In this document: piece after piece, positions 36,379-36,725 of the stretch
Layout: every line of letters starts with the position of its first letter
Numbering within the stretch: position 1 is the stretch's first letter
Assembly (NCBI RefSeq): GCF_001194135.2
Contig: NC_068981.1
Coordinates: 70,555,629-70,592,353 of the forward strand
Source of the DNA: Octopus bimaculoides
Taxonomy: Eukaryota
Direction: 5' to 3'
Length of the DNA: 36,725 nt
Made by a program: the position numbers and the translations under genes
Notes under the pieces: generated by a model
The model's database searches: none
What the model saw: only the letters and a program-made list of their open reading frames with translations
Told to the model about the DNA's origin: nothing

Positions 36379-36725
36379 CTAGAAGAAATACCCGGCGTTG
36401 CCCGGGTTAAAGAGAATAATGAAATCTAAAAACGCCGTCTAGACTACGCAACTCTCAACTGTTAGTACCTACGATACCATATTTCTACATTACTAACTCT
36501 CCAATCCATGCCAGCATGGAACATAGATATTAAGTGGAATGCTAGAAGAAAGTTTTCAACTCATATGTATATAAAGTAAATACGCGTAATTCAGAAACAC
36601 GTTTTGTGTATTTTATTTCATAACCAAACAAACAGGTACAGATTATAAATAATGAAAGGCCAATTTTGGTGATTCATTTGACAGAGATAGTAGAGAGACA
36701 ATGCGATGATAAATCTGAGGTTGGA
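36379..36725 (-). mobile_element. Helitron 3' terminus (element continues beyond the window)
   Basis: On the minus strand, the hairpin ACCCGG-gcaacg-CCGGGT (36407-36390) is followed 7 nt later by CTAG and then T. This is the canonical Helitron 3' end. Confidence 0.75.

Overview
AT-rich, repeat-dense animal genomic DNA from a draft assembly with 10 N-gaps, almost all at microsatellites. The SINE families look like those I recall from octopus genomes, which is recognition rather than a search result. I found no intact protein-coding gene, and most listed ORFs are microsatellite or gap artefacts. The window is a mosaic of decayed mobile elements: a HERO/R2-superfamily RLE fragment; a ~3.8-kb Penelope-like element (RT plus GIY-YIG) with a nested, internally deleted mariner; a second, near full-length mariner transposase pseudogene; three CR1-group LINE fragments; an RTE LINE 3' end with a near-identical inverted partial copy; several tRNA-type SINEs; two large fold-back (MITE-like) elements; a probable Helentron-associated element; and a Helitron 3' end. 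The most notable signal is absent from the ORF track: up to eight hammerhead-ribozyme (HHR) motifs on both strands. These include a ~200-bp spacer-less palindrome made of two divergent HHRs (30907-31108, with the + copy apparently intact at a GUC site), three HHRs with a non-canonical UUGAAAA core (U3-A8 instead of C3-G8), and two with long insertions in stem-loop II. All folds were derived by hand, and no activity is shown.
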